NCBI GenBank assembly: GCA_030141605.1
Contig: JAQGDQ010000201.1
Location: 124,001 to 188,000 of the forward strand
Reading direction: 5' to 3'
Origin: Tubiluchus corallicola
Lineage: Eukaryota; Animalia; Priapulida
Length of the DNA stretch: 64,000 nt
Every line of letters starts with the position of its first letter. Within the stretch, counting starts at the first letter, position 1. The position numbers were made by a program, and so were the translations under genes. Shown piece by piece: positions 14,501 to 29,500 of this stretch. The notes under the pieces are model-generated. The model was not told the origin of the DNA. It saw nothing but the letters and a program-made list of their open reading frames with translations, and searched no databases.

Positions 14501-17500
14501 GTGTGATTTATGAGTTAACTGAATTTCATTTATTAATTTTAAAAAAGTAATAAACAAATTAAGTGTCTGAGTATGTGCCAAAAGCTCTAAAAGTTGTCAT
14601 AAGGTGTTAACCGGATAAGTCTGCACACAGCAAATGTAGAACATTGATTTCCCCTCTTGGAATTTACTCACTAGTAACTTTGCTATAATTCCTAGTGAAC
14701 ATTACTCTAACCTAGTCAAAATTTTATAGAAAAATTTTTTGTTTTATATAGCCAAAAATTCAAAACAACATGTCTTTTATCATTAATCATTTTGCACTTA
14801 TTGAAATCCTTCATTGTGCTTATTGAAATCCTCAAGGCATGCCAGTTGTTGCAGAAATTCTGATTGCAGATCTTGTTTTAAGAAAGCTCTCCTAAGTTAA
14901 TAAGTTCATGAATCCGATTCTCTCACCAGTGTGGTCTGGCATTAGTTAATCAGTTTCACAGCTTGTTTTGCTAAACTTTTCATTTGCAGTAGTCGTAGTT
15001 CAACTGCTGTTTTAAGAAAAACTGCGCAAAAATTTGTTTGCTATACAAAGTAGTTCTGTGTGATGTGGCTATAGTTCATGTCTATGCAAAAAATGCATGT
15101 AAGGTTATCTTTGACTTCTTGGTCAACAGACTTTAAATGCTAATGGAGTTTTGTTTGTCATACTGTTATGTAAACAAAGTGATTGCTATGTGACTAGCAT
15201 TAAGACTTTACTTACTAATTCATTGATTGTTTCAGCCAATGCGAGTTGAAGTGGATGAGCCAGTCATACGCGACATTGAAGATACCCTAAACAGTCGCTG
15301 TGATCGAGAAGACGTCATGAGAATGATCTTCCGGCGGGCACGCCATGCAGCCAAAATGGAGGTTGATGAAATGCTAGATGAATACAGGAATAAGCGAGCT
15401 TTAGGTAAGCATTTGGAGCAAGTTTAGTAACAATTAATTATCTGTTAGTCGATAATTTTATATAAGTGTAGTGTATTGTTCATCCTATCCATGAATCCAC
15501 ATTTTCAGTTCATTGTTGAAAGGGACATTATACGTACAATTTATACCCAGATAATTTTGCAAAATTGATTTAATGCATGGCATATGACTAGAGTTATGCT
15601 TTTTTATCTTTTAAAAGCAGTACATGCATGTGTTTTTATTTTGGTTTAGAGCAATCGCTGTAACAACTAGTATTACATTTCTTTTAATTTTAGCCCATCT
15701 TTCATTTGTTGCGTTATCTAATTGCATCAATTGACGATGTGTATTGCGAAAGATATTTTATTAAGACAGTTATTTGTGCTTGCAATGTTGTTATGTTGAC
15801 CGTAGCCAGTATAGCCAAATGTTGTTCATGTCAGTCTATAGTGATTAGCTCACTAAACTGGCATTGCATGTCAAGCCCACACAATATTTACGGGCTTGAG
15901 TCACAGAAAACACTGTAGTTAGTATGCCAAAAATGCCAAGTACCTATTTTCAGTACTTCAAGTTTATAAATGCTGGCTGTTTTTTTATTATCGTGCATTT
16001 TTTGAAACTGGGTCGGCATTTTACAAAAGGTTTTATTTTGAATTTTATGGAAGCTCCTAGCCTTCAAGCTCGAGCTGAATGCTTCCGGAAGTAACAGCAG
16101 TTGCTTAGTCTGTGCTTTTCATTATAATTTTAGTTGCTTCTTGTCAGTTGGCTGTCACCCAACATTAGAGTGTCTCGCTTTTAGTGGCCATTTTGCTCCT
16201 TACTTCGTACAAACCTGTTGATTACTGCCTACCTCACTTTTAGCTTCTTGAGTAATATCATTAATATAATTATATTATTAATAATTAAATAGCTCAAAAG
16301 GTGTTACGTTTCTGAAGGAAAATAAGAAAAGAATTTGTTTGTAGGCTTGGGAAGTTTGTACGGTGATCAGATGTTACAAGATACCATGGAGCGAAGCAAG
16401 GAACTGAAAATTGCTGAAGAGACAATACTTCCACATCTAGAGAAGATCTCGTGAGTAATAGTTTCAACCAGGAACATATTTATCGATAGACTAATTAGGC
16501 TGTAGCTCTAATGCACCAAATTTTGAGAAAGGCCAGGTTTTATGGTTGCAGTGTTAAAAAATTCTTACTGTCTTTGGAAAAATGCATATCCTTCCATATT
16601 TATATGAAGCTGTAGCTTATAACACACCACACACCACATTTTTTGCATAAAAGATACTACACCACAAGCAGTTGCACACTCTGCTTAGACATAAGTGCCC
16701 TGCAAATATATGAAATTAATAATAACCACATAATTAGGAGGTAATAATGCTAGTAATGCACCACAAGCAATTGTGCCTTGCAGTTCATATGCAAACAACC
16801 ATAAATGCATAATAGAGATGGGCGGTGCTGAACTATCAGCCAACGGTGTCGTAATATCTTTATACACCTCTTGGTTTCAAGCCTGTTTTTTTGGCAAAGA
16901 TATTTGATCTAGAATAGTATGGGTACACTAAGAATTATATCAGCCAGTCATGCGATTAACCGCTGCCTCGCTCATATTCCTTCGAATGGTGTTGTCATAG
17001 TTCTGTAAAAAGTGGTAAGGCTAACTTTCTGCTTTGTAGTAGATGTAGTGATTGATATGTAGTAGATGATTGGTAAGGTTTAGCAATCAGTGCTTGACAT
17101 CTTAGTGGATTAAAAAACTCAGTTGCAGACTGTGAAATTCTGTGTCGCTTTAATTAGATTTCATTTTTGAAGCTGACACGACAGTGATAAGTTTGAAAAT
17201 AATATGGCTTTGTCCAAAAACGATTTAGACTTTCAGTAGTTTGAGTCTCTGGCATTGATCTGGTGTGTGGCGATAAATCCATCCACTCTTACAACGTTCT
17301 TTAGATTTTACAGATTTCTTAAGATATTACATTTTCTTAGTGTTTATGTTCAACTATTCAAAAAATGGTGAATCTGTTTACAATTTGAATTCTATTTTTA
17401 ACCTTATTTAAATCAGCTTAACAATATTATCTTCTATTTTCAGCGAAGATTTGGAAAACCTGAGTGACAAAAAGTATGTGAAATAAATTTTTTTGCTTTA

Positions 17501-20500
17501 AGTTTCGTATTGATTCACAAATTCTCAAAATCATGAAGTTTTGTTGTAACTGTCTTTTACATTTGCAAGAATAGTTTACATTATAGGATGAATTGCATTT
17601 TATCTCTTAGAGTAGTCTTGTTACTTGTTAGTTGTCAGGATTGGGCATTATGACCAATATTGCAGCTAAAATATGCCAACATTTTGCACTGTGGCTGAAA
17701 TATGCAATCCATTTTCTACTGTAGAAACAAACTCTTAAGTTAGACAGATTGTTTTCCAATATTTTCTCAAACAATTTTTTATGTCTTTTTGCTTTTTCAT
17801 GCAATTGTCTGCAATTTAATTCAGAAACAGACTAATTCATCTATTCCTTTCTTATTTTAGTTTGGCACTTGCATTTTCTCTTGCAACAGTGATTCGCTGT
17901 TTTGGTTGTAAGGGTCAAGCTGTTGACAAGGTTCTCGACAAGGTCCCTCAGTTCTGTGGCCGTGATAAAAGCCGTTTCAAGTTTAGCAGTTTAAAGAAAA
18001 AGGTTTGTTTTTGCTTTGGCAAACAAAAGTTTTAGCTGTTAACCATTAGCTAAAAGTAAAACAAGAACAGGAAATATAACTTTGTTGGAAGTTTATGCTG
18101 TGGTGGTACAAAATGTTCTTAATAACCTTTAGCTATAATGAATATACTGCACAGTATAAAGTTTCCGAAATTATTTCTTTCTGGCTTTGCGCGTCTTAAT
18201 CTATTTATGCCGCTAAAAACAAAACAAAGGAAATAAGAAATTCTGGATTTGTTATACCTCGGGATCTCCATTTATTAGCCTTAAGTTTGAATTTTTTGTG
18301 CCATGTAATTTCTTTGTAAATGTACGTCTGAATACCAGAAGTCATTTGTTATGGCAAAGGAAGTTAATTCTTGCGAAAAATTTCTCTACAAGTTACATAA
18401 TTTATCCATCCTCACTAGTTTGAATATATTTTATACCATTGTAGTTCAACTAAACTATCATTTACCATCTTTTTTTGTAGTCTATGGTACGAGCACATCA
18501 ATTTCAGCAAGCCCAGTTTAACTCTTTTACTTTATGTCAAGTATGTTCCTGCGTTCTTTGGGGTGTTGGATTTCAAGGATGGAAATGTGATCGTAAGTAA
18601 AACGTTCTTCATCATTATTATCTAAAATTGTTGTTAGTTAAAGAATATTTGTCTTTGTTTTGTTTTTGAGCAACAGTGGTCTAGAACTCAAGATACTGCT
18701 AATAACTAACTACCAATTGTCTGTGAAAAGTTAACGGTAGGTATATTTTGTCCATTTTCATATAACAAGGTAGCCCAAAAAATAAACTTGGGCATGTATG
18801 AAAGTATTTTTGTGAAATGTAGATTGTCATTGAGTCTGAGTGGCACGTTTCAAAGTTTACTTTTCTCAGAGTGAAAGAAGTTTAGATTTTAGGTTTTTTA
18901 TTTAACACGTGGTTTGATGTACGGCAATTTTTTTCACTAAATCTGAATGTTAACCTCTTTGGGTGAAAAGACAACTTGTATTCACTTGCCACATATTCTC
19001 CTATTTTCTGTAAATTAATGGTAGGGAATTGTGTTTTTTTCTGACATTATTATAATGTACTAACTTTACATGAAAAATGTACTAAGATGAAAAATAATAA
19101 TTCCAATTCTTCTCTAGCTGGCGAGTTATGTGTGACTCAAGCTATTATATTGCGGGTGCATACTTTTGGGCTGGGTTAGCAACTGCCTGCCTCTAAACAC
19201 ATCCTTCTGTTTTATAATGAGTCATCAGTTTTATAAATTGTCAGTATTCACCTCATGCAAGCGGCTCTGTTTATTTGCTGCAGGCATCTAAATACAGTTT
19301 TATTGTGGGCACGTTCTACTTACGTCCGAGATCCAAATCTTAATTTTTTATTTAATTATGCAACTTTTTTGTTTTATTTTAAAACTGGTAAACTTTGAAA
19401 CCCGTTTAACTAAATTCAGTATTCAAACATACTAGACAGACAGTACTGTGGTGAGATGCATCAACAAAAAGTGCCATTAATGCCCATTTAATGTCACAGA
19501 TGCATGAAGGTTAAACAAAACACAGCTGTTTGTTTTGCGAAATCAAAAGTTTAATTCATTAAATTCAGCCAACCTCACGAAATGCAATGGTTTAGACTCT
19601 GGCTGACTCATAAAATTGGTGATAGAATTGTTGATTTAAAATCTGCCCAAGGCTGTATGTGGCCAGCTGAGCGAGAGAATATGCCATGTTGCTCCTGTCT
19701 ACTCTACCAAGACCTGTTTTCTGCAGTAGCCAGTGCATAGTGTTCAACAAAACGTGCAATTATTTTTTGGTTGGGTGAAAATTGTGCCATTGTGACAACA
19801 GATTAATCACTACAAACTGCAATACTTGTGTGTCTCCAAAAGCAAATTTGTACTCATAGTTTTTTACTTTGAATGGTGTTTATTCTAGCATTTATTTTTA
19901 ACTCTCGCAGTGAGGTGTTGCAAAGGCAAAGCATTGTGTACAAATAATATGAAAAGACTGAGTTGGAGTCATAGTGCATGTATGAGTTTATTCTACCAAA
20001 ATTGTTTGAAAATTGCAAGTGGCAGTAACTAAACTTTATGTGTTGCAATAAATCACTTCCGAATAAACTGAAATTCTTTCAATGCAAAGTTGCAAAGCAC
20101 TAAGACACGGCTTGAATGAATGTGTATTATATGTGTTTGATTTTATTGCCCATTCATTTGTTCTTTCATTGACTTCATTCATTCATTCGTTTGTTTTCTC
20201 ACCCATTCATTTACTTCGTTATTTGTACAATTGTTTATTTATTCTTTGAATCACTCATTCTTTCAATTATTTTTCATTCATTTATTCATTCATGTATTGT
20301 TGTAAAAATGTCTTGCAAAAAATTCTTGTAATGTCTCTTCCACCCAAAGGGGTAATACAGATTTTCAATCAAATTTGAAATTTGAAATTTACCCACTCAT
20401 TCATTCACTTTATTCATTCCTGACATTCACTTATTCATTTTGACAGCGCATGTATGAATATAGTTTTAATTGTGCGGTCCCAGACCACTCAACTTACCGA

Positions 20501-23500
20501 TTTAAGTGTAGCCTTCTGAGTGGTGTGCTGGATTTTACAAGATCCATAGTAGGTTATTTTGAAGGACCAAATGGTTTATGTCATTTTAATCCCAGTCAAG
20601 CAAATTGTAAATTGACAATTCATGTCATAATATTTACAAAATTGTTAAGTTTTGTAATGTTTATCAATTGCCTTGCAGCATAGGGCAATTTTAAATGTAC
20701 AGGTAATAACCACAAGTTAATTTTTGTGATAATAAATGCTGTAACTGCTGTTAAAATTAAGGCAATGAACCATTTATAGTAATGGAACATAAGTAGTAAA
20801 CTAAAGGGTTAACCTCTGAGTATCACTTTGATATATACCATTTTATCTTGACTTGTGACATTTGCGGTTTTAATCAACTTCTCTAATTAAGCTGCTTGTG
20901 CTAGTTGTAACTGTTATAACTTATTAGCTTTTAATGTATACTTATTTTCAATTCATTTTCTGTATTCACTTTATCAGCATTGTGAAAGTTTGTGTACCAC
21001 ATTGGTGTCACTAGTGTCACCAGCCTTATCACATTAGTAGCTTAGAAAATGTAGTTTTTGCATCTGACCTTTTATACCAGTGTTCTTAATTTTTTATCGT
21101 ACCAGTATTACATAGTTAATATTTGGAGTAAGAAAAAAAATTTATGCGTGAACGTGTTTGTTTGTCTGCATCCTTTTCTTCTTTTTCTTTTTTCAGTTTC
21201 TGACAAATTTGTAATTTCAGTTTATTTTGTACATTAACATTAGCTTTAGAAAAAACAGATTTTTATAGCTATATTTTCAACTTCTTTATTTTTCGTTTAG
21301 ACTGTGATTTCAACGTGCACAAAAACTGTTTGGACAATATTAAGGAAGACTGTGTTGGTGTGAAAAGCAAAGATCGGAGGAGTAAAGGAACTCTTGTTGA
21401 CAAGATCATAAGAAAAGCCAGTGCAAATAGTGCACAAGCAAGTGAGTACTACAGCATTGCCATACAGGATACAGCACTTAACTAACTGTCACATGCTGTT
21501 CACGAAATGATGATGAACATATATGATGAATTATTTTAAGCCAATGGCTTTGCATACAGAACAGATCTTCATTTTCAATTGTTTATTTAAAAATTCCTAG
21601 AATGAAGATTCCTAGAATTCCTAGACTAGAATTTTTAAAGTGTTTTTGTAGAAAAATGCAAGTTAAGACTGATGGTTTTTAGCTTTTGTCAATCTTCTTG
21701 GGTAAAGGTCAGGTATCAGTCACTGGTGCTTTAAGGAGTAGTTTACTGTTTCTGTAAATACAGCTAGTACAAATATGGTCATAACAGCTCATATGTTTGT
21801 TAAACATATGTCACAAAAATAAAGAAAATGTGTGTCTAAAAGTGTTGCACAGTTTTTACTGCATTTAGGTAATAAATACTGAGAAATTACCTTGACCGGG
21901 AATTGTTACAGTATAATTGAAAATGAAGATCAATGAGGTTTCCTAATAGAAGGCCCGCTTTAACTAACATAACCCTTGCCGTCTACAGGCTATATAATTT
22001 GTCATTATTATGAGCATACTGTATTACATTACATTTAAAGAACTTGATCAGCAAATTTTCACACATAGCTCAAAACACTTCACTTGTAAATTTTATATCA
22101 TCTGCATGAAGTTTAACTATATGCAGAATTCATGTTTCAAGTTTCTCTATGTTAATTCTGAAAATTTAAGCTTCCATGCTAATTGCTAGTTGCAGCCATT
22201 TCCAAGCAAATTCTGTTGATGTGATTAAATTCCTTAAAAAGTATGCAAAAAACTACCAATGCGCAAATCAGTAACTCCACAAAATTAAATATTAGCACTT
22301 CTTGGACAGTGCTTATAAGATATTGATGAGCGCTGGGATCGCAGGTCCCTGATGTCGCAATAGCTTCTTGGTTGTTGATACAAATCATTTTGTTTAATCC
22401 TACTTAAGAACTGAGAATATTCTTCACAAGTTTTTCAAGCAAGTAAGAGTACTACTTGCTGATATAACTGTGTGTTAGAATTTATTTTTAAAGATACTGT
22501 ACTTAAAAATTTGCTGATCTTTCTCTTTACGCATTCTGAGAATCTGGATTTTGATTACAAATGCACTGCAATCAATTCATAGTACCCCTCTTGTCAGCAC
22601 TATTTATGTCAAGCTAATAATGATCATTCTATTGCAAATCTCTTATACGAAGCTTAAAACTAATCAATGCTTTGACCGCATTTGGCTTCCTTACTGCTAC
22701 ATAACATTCAGAGGTTAATTGAATCATCATAACTGAGCAAATTACAGTGTCCCAAGATTTGCTGCAATTAACTATTGATCAGCAATCGATGCAGATTAAT
22801 TTAAAACCAGGTTAACTATAGTGCATGCCATATTTACATATCGGTTAAGCCAGACTGTATTGCACAGCAGATTTTTCTTGACTTTTGCAATAATAGCAGC
22901 TCAGGGTTGGGTTTCTAAGTCAACTGACCTCTGATTTTGTGTAATAATGGTTAACCTTGATATCAAAAGACTTTAATAAATGCTTTAACTGCTGCTTTTG
23001 AATGATATTCTTGAAGAATTTAATGCCTGCTGCTCGGCAATATTCTTTTTATGTCACATAAACTATAACATATTCTTCTCATAATAAATATCTGTAATGG
23101 AAAAACTAATAAGCTCACTTATTGCAACATTCAGTTGCATGTGAGTTATTTTTCTATGATACATGCTGTTTGTGAAGGGCACAACCACAGTCTTTGGTGT
23201 TTATTAGTGCATCTTGATAACTAGTGCAACATAGTTTTATTTTCATTTGTGCAAATAAATTCCCATTGCATAAGGCTGCATGGTTTGTGCTTATTGCATC
23301 TATTATTTAACCTTTTTGACATGATACTTAATTATCTGAAAGCATGAATTATTCTTTTTTCTGTCTTTCTGTATTATTTTCTTCTCAAGCAAATGTGTTT
23401 GTGCTCTCAAACAATTTATGAATTATCCCCGTTTAGGACTGACCTAGATCAGGGATGTTATGGAAACGGAAATAAATTTTCGTTTTGGTTTGCCGATAAT

Positions 23501-26500
23501 TGCACTTTGGTTAAGTTTCCATTTCCGCGGAAATTTCTTAAATTTCGTAGCCGAAATTTCAGGTAATTTTTGGTAGCACTTTTCCGAGATTTTATTAACA
23601 TTTATCCAGTTTACCTTTTCCTTTGTCAAGATGTCAAGAACTGCTGAAAAATGTTAGCTAAATTTGTTAAATAAAGCAAAAATTTTGTTTACATAACAGT
23701 TTGTGACGTGCTTTTATGGGGCGTATCTTCTTCAGTGCTGGCGACTGTGAAGTTTCAGGGTCTCCAGGCCAAATCAACTGAAATATCAAAACGTTTGAAT
23801 GTACTTGAGCAAAAAATCACATTTACTTTTACAATTTATGAAGTATAGGCAACAAAATATCAACAAAATAAAATTTGTTTGTTTTTAATGAAGCATTATG
23901 ATCTTTAAACATTAATCATTAAGGATACACTCATATCTCGGTTTGCCGGATAAAAACGAGGAGATGTCGGTCCGAATTTGCTTATTGTCCGTATTTACTG
24001 ATACTAAGCTAATACAGTGTTAGACTCACGGTAATGTAGAATCAATCACGTAATTGTCTCAAAAATGTCTAGTACAAACTGCTCCGAACATACAAACTGC
24101 ACACATGCTGCTTCGTTTCACTGATGTAATGATGTAAGCAAAGTGACGGCTTGGCAACTAACGGTCAGCTCGCGAAACAATGGACTGTGTCCATATTATG
24201 CGGGACTTTTAACTGTCCAGATGTTGTGTGATTTTTCCGATAGCTGTAGAAGCGAAGTCCGGCAAACTGAGATACAAGAGTACTTAAATCCAAAAACATT
24301 ATAACACATTTTCTAAGGTAGACCATCCATCAAACTTGATGTTCTATACTGTCAAACTTCCTTGTCTTTTTTGCATTAATTATCAGTAATTTTGCATCAC
24401 AGCAAATAAAAGCAAGCAAACAAAAAACGAAATATTTTACTTATTTTAGAATTCGTTTTCCAGTTTTAATAGCAGTTGGTTTTGCAAAAATGTTTCGGTT
24501 CGGTTTAGTTTCAGTATCGGTTTCCTGTGTTTCATAAATTTCAGTTTCGCTTTGTAAATTCAGTTTTGGTAACATCTCTGACCTAGATATGAATTGATAG
24601 TGTCTCTTTATAAAAACGCCCTTCATTTACAGGACTCTTGTCTAGGTGAACAAAACTGTTCACTTTTTACCAGGCTATGAAAAGCATACTGCAGCAAATA
24701 CGGTTCTTGGGCGTAATTTTGAAACATTATAATTAGCTTATAATTTATTTAGGACGAAAATGACCTTGAAAGGAATAAATAATTTTTCACTTGTTCTTTA
24801 TTCATGAGCTGTATGTTGTTGTACAGTTAACAGCTAAGTATCTATATCCCAGGGCTGAGAACCATATTTTTGTTGCTTTTTTCATGGTCTACTCTGTGTG
24901 TTTTAAAAATACTCGAAGCATAGGCTACTGACATGACTTAAACAGAACTGTCGTCAGAACTGCACACCTTGTGTTGTAGCAAAAACTTGTTACCCCATGT
25001 TAATGTGAAAAATTGATGTTTTTAGCAATTATACCTGATTAGTTTGCTGTGTTTATCTCTAATCATGCCATTATTTTGGAGTTTTTACTGTTAACTTGTT
25101 GAGTTAGTTTCACTCATTTCCCCACATCGCTCACTGCTAGTATTGTTTGCTCACTTCGGCACTGTTGTCGTTTTGCTTGTGGTTCCCGTGTGACTGTGGT
25201 GGCGCCCGATTCTGCAATTCAGCCGGTACACCTACTTCTGCCTCTCCAGTTCTGAAAGCCAAACAGCTATACGATGATAAGGAGGAGGGCTTGGTGGCGA
25301 CACCCGGTGTACAACCACACAACCACGTGACGTTCCCACAAACTCCAGAGGACGATGAAAGCGAAGGTTGGTGTCTTACGTTTTTTTACAAACAGTTTCA
25401 TGATGAGTGAAATGTGGCAAAAATGTCGACACTTTTACTTCTCGTTCTACTCTCTAACGTTATAACTCTCTATGTTCTAACATTCCCATGCTTATAGAAA
25501 ATAATTTTTAGAAACTAATTTTAGTAAAATAATTCAGTAAAGTATAAAGTGGGTGGGGAGTGCTTTACATCTCACTGAGAGAATGAAATTTGGAAAAGTA
25601 CTGGCTGTTATTGTGTTTTCCTATTAGTTACAGGTGCTTTGGAAGTTTTTAATGTTACTAAATAATTTCATGTTTTCCGATTATTAATTTTACGATAAGT
25701 AAATAGAAGAGTGAAAGTGTAGGCAGAGCTTTGTAGTGGCGGAGAGACTGACATAGTAATTGAATGAGTTACGTGTGTTTATAGGTTTTGCTGAAATTAA
25801 GTCCATTGGTTAGCAACATGAAGAAAAAAGTGACTCTGTGAAAGATGATTAGTACATCTAAAAATTGGTGACACTAATGCAAGTTTTATTTAGGATAGCG
25901 CCAAGAAAATTGTTTGTTGGAATCGGATTGGCTGCAGGCCATGTTTAACTGGACAAGTGCCGGCCAGGAAAAGTGCAATTGAACATTTTTCCCTGCTGTG
26001 CTAAATGCCTCTGCCTGTTCATTGCCTTTATTAGCTTTGATAATTAGCAAGGTTCTGGTCCCACCACAGTCATTTATCTTAAGCCAGCCCAGCCATTGAT
26101 ACTGGGTATACTCAAAACTTGCAAAGTGTTATCCAAAAAATAAATAATTATGAGCTAGCAGAAAATTAAATCTGGGTTTATCACTGTAGAGATTTAATTC
26201 ATTCAGTCACACATCATTTATGCCAAACTTATTCGTATCTAAGTAGAGACAGATATAATGTTATGTAGATGAGCAAGCTGTATATGCAGTATACAGCAGC
26301 AAGATATAACAGACATATGATAGCTACCTTGCTATTTTGTTCAAATGCATGCTAATTTTAAGGTATTTTAAATACGTATATACTGATACATATATACTAA
26401 AACTGTTACACTGGTACATAGTTGAATGTGTCACTCTGTATTGTGTGCTGTATCTTATGCTTTAAGTGCCTGTAATTTTTTAGGCCAAAGTACCACGTCT

Positions 26501-29500
26501 CACGAGAGGGAACCGTCGCCCTCTGCTAGCACGGCATCACATGAGACAACACAGAGCCTTCCAGAAACTAAGAGGTAAATATAATTTGCAAGCCACTTTT
26601 TTTTCATTTCCAGACCTTGCAATAATTGCTGAAGTGTTTCAACTTTAAAGAGCCTTTGTAGCCAAGAAAGAATCGTGATTTTATCAGTCTCTTGAATGCC
26701 TTCTGCACGTGCTCTTGTTTTACTAAAAAAATGGTTCGACAAAGTATTATGACATCATTAGCTGGCTCATCATTGCAAATTTGAATAACATTGATTGTTG
26801 AGATCTGTTACTAAGAGCAGGAACATCATTTAGTTTTACTGGGGTGTGTATTACATCTTGTGAAGCCCTTCTTTCTTAAAGCAATTATACTTTCTTAAAA
26901 TGTTGCCGCCGACCTTAGTGTCCAATATTTTCTGTTTTTGCTTTGCTTAGCAAAAGTGACGTTGTGCCTTTGTACTGGACACATTAATGTTGACGCTTTA
27001 TTTATTTTGTAAGAAATGTGCAAACATTATGCAACAAGATAACCATCTTCTTTGTACGATCCAAAAATTTGTTTCTGAAATGTTTGTTTATGACTCATGT
27101 CTGCTTTGTGGAAGTTTGGTGAAATCCTAATGTAAACAACATATTGAATAAATAATAAAATGTTAAATATAATTATAGTTAAAACTATTGTTCTCAGTAA
27201 AATGACTTGGTTGGAGTTATCTTTAGTAAATTTCCACGTAACAAACATGGCATTTTGCTCAGCTGACAATGTGTATGTAATACACTTCACTTAAACATGT
27301 GTGAATGAGAAAAATTTCCATTTTGTCTTTTCACAATGACAGGGGTGGTCTTCGCATGACCCAAGGACCATATAATACAACTTTGGGAAGGTCAGAAAGC
27401 CTGAAAACCAGAAAGGAAATGATGAAAGTTTCAGTACGGAAAAAGAGTGACCCAAATCTTCCCAGAACACCTAGCGATGGTGAGATGGAGGCTATGTCGG
27501 GGAGCTCATCAAATTCCAGTCTTTCTGCCAGGTATGTTGTAGGTGTCTCTTTCTGAACATTCCACCTATTTCGTGGAACATTAATGAGTGCCCAATGTTT
27601 TTGCTTTTGCACTTCATTGTTCTGTTTCTGTTTTTACATACAAAATACATTTGTTAGTGCCAATGTGTGGAAGTGGACGAACAGTTGAATGGTTGATATA
27701 ATGTAAACAGTAAATATATTGACAACTATTTTTCTGTGTTAATCTTGCACATTTTAGGCATTGTTAACATCGATATAGTGCCTTTTCTTCACAACCTCAA
27801 CAACACAATGTGTAGGTAAAATGATAAAGCTTCAGGTTTATAGGCAAAATACGCTATTCATTTATAGAAATCAGATAAATTATGAAATTGAATTAGTATA
27901 TCCGGAATTGTTTAATTGTGAAAATCTCTGAAATCTTACAATTGTTTGCAGGAGCTTGGACAGTCCTAGTTTATCTAGTGACACAACACAGCGTCCTTCA
28001 CTTGACACGGTCACTTCGACAGCTAGCATTACATTGGCTCAAATAAGGCCTGAAGAAGAAGAAGACGATTCCGACATGGAGGCACCCATTGATGCACCAA
28101 ACTGGAAAGACAGAGTGCCAAAGGATGAATTAAAGAAAATGAAGCCAAAAGAGGTTAAACGGCAAGATGTCCTAAATGGTGAGTTGGTTAGCTCTAACTG
28201 TCCATTTGTAACAGTTATTAAGTGCTTTAACTCTAAAGTGCACATCAAACATACACAATTGTGAGCATATTCTAATGACCTTTGAATTTTGATGATGTTT
28301 ATTTGGTGTGTGCGATTTGTGCAAATGAAACATGTAATAAATGACTAGCTTACCTTGTTTTATTTCTTGCAGAGTTATTTCACACGGAAAGAACCCACGT
28401 GCGAAACCTAAAGGTTCTGCAGAGGATATTTTATAGGCCTATGGTTACTGAGCAAATCATACCCATCGACCTGATTAAATTACTTTTTTCAAATCTGGAA
28501 GAGATGCTAGACTTGCATAGTAAGCTACCATGCAGATCTTTTTATTCCTTTGAAGAAAATCACTTTTGCAAAGATTAGTAAAATTAGTAATTGTGTTCCG
28601 GATGTAAGCTACTTTGTGAACAGCATAACCATTTTTTAACAGCTTCATGTTAATATTTAACGAGCAAGTGTGCATAATTTTTATGACTTTCATTATTTCA
28701 GTTATGTATTTTCTGAGCAACACCAGTTAGAAAGTGTGCACTGTGCAGTAGTTTACGAACTTTACTAACGTAATATTTTAATAGCAAAAAATATTTTATT
28801 TTTCATATTTTAATTGCTGAGTGCATTATTTTTAGATGGTTTCAACTCGATAATGAAAACAAGAAAGAAAACTGAACATGTGACACAAGACATTGGAGAA
28901 ATGATGCTGTCTTTTGTAAGTAATTATTTACTGTTGCTGTAATGCTGTAGAAGTTCGATGTGATACATTCAGTTAAAATGCAGCTGCAACTCTATTATAT
29001 GTAAGCGATAATGCTACTCATTATGGAATTTCTGAAGCTAAGCGTATTTTTAAAAATACTAAGTTCACAACTATAGTTATACTACCAAGCAACCAATGAA
29101 AATTTGTTTGAAGACATGGCTTGCCGTGTTGCTCTTACATGCAAGATGAAGTAGTGAACCTAATGCTGGCTTTTCTTCTGTTTGTGGATTGAACATAAAT
29201 TTAATTAAACTCCTTGCCAACGATTGTTGTGCCTCAGATTCAAAGTAAACTTATTCATTATTGTAAAGAAAGACAGCCAATCTAAAAATAAAAAACATCT
29301 TGAAAGTTATTTATACTGTGCTGTACTTGGCCAAATAGTGCATGCAATTATTTATTATATATGAACTACTCATTTTTTTATAATGTTTGATATTGAGTGA
29401 GCCTTTTATTTTAATTTTTTTGCAGTAATGAATTGTAATTGGATGGATCAGTCATGAATTGTAACATACTGTGTTTATGAAGTCCTTATTTTGTCAAACA

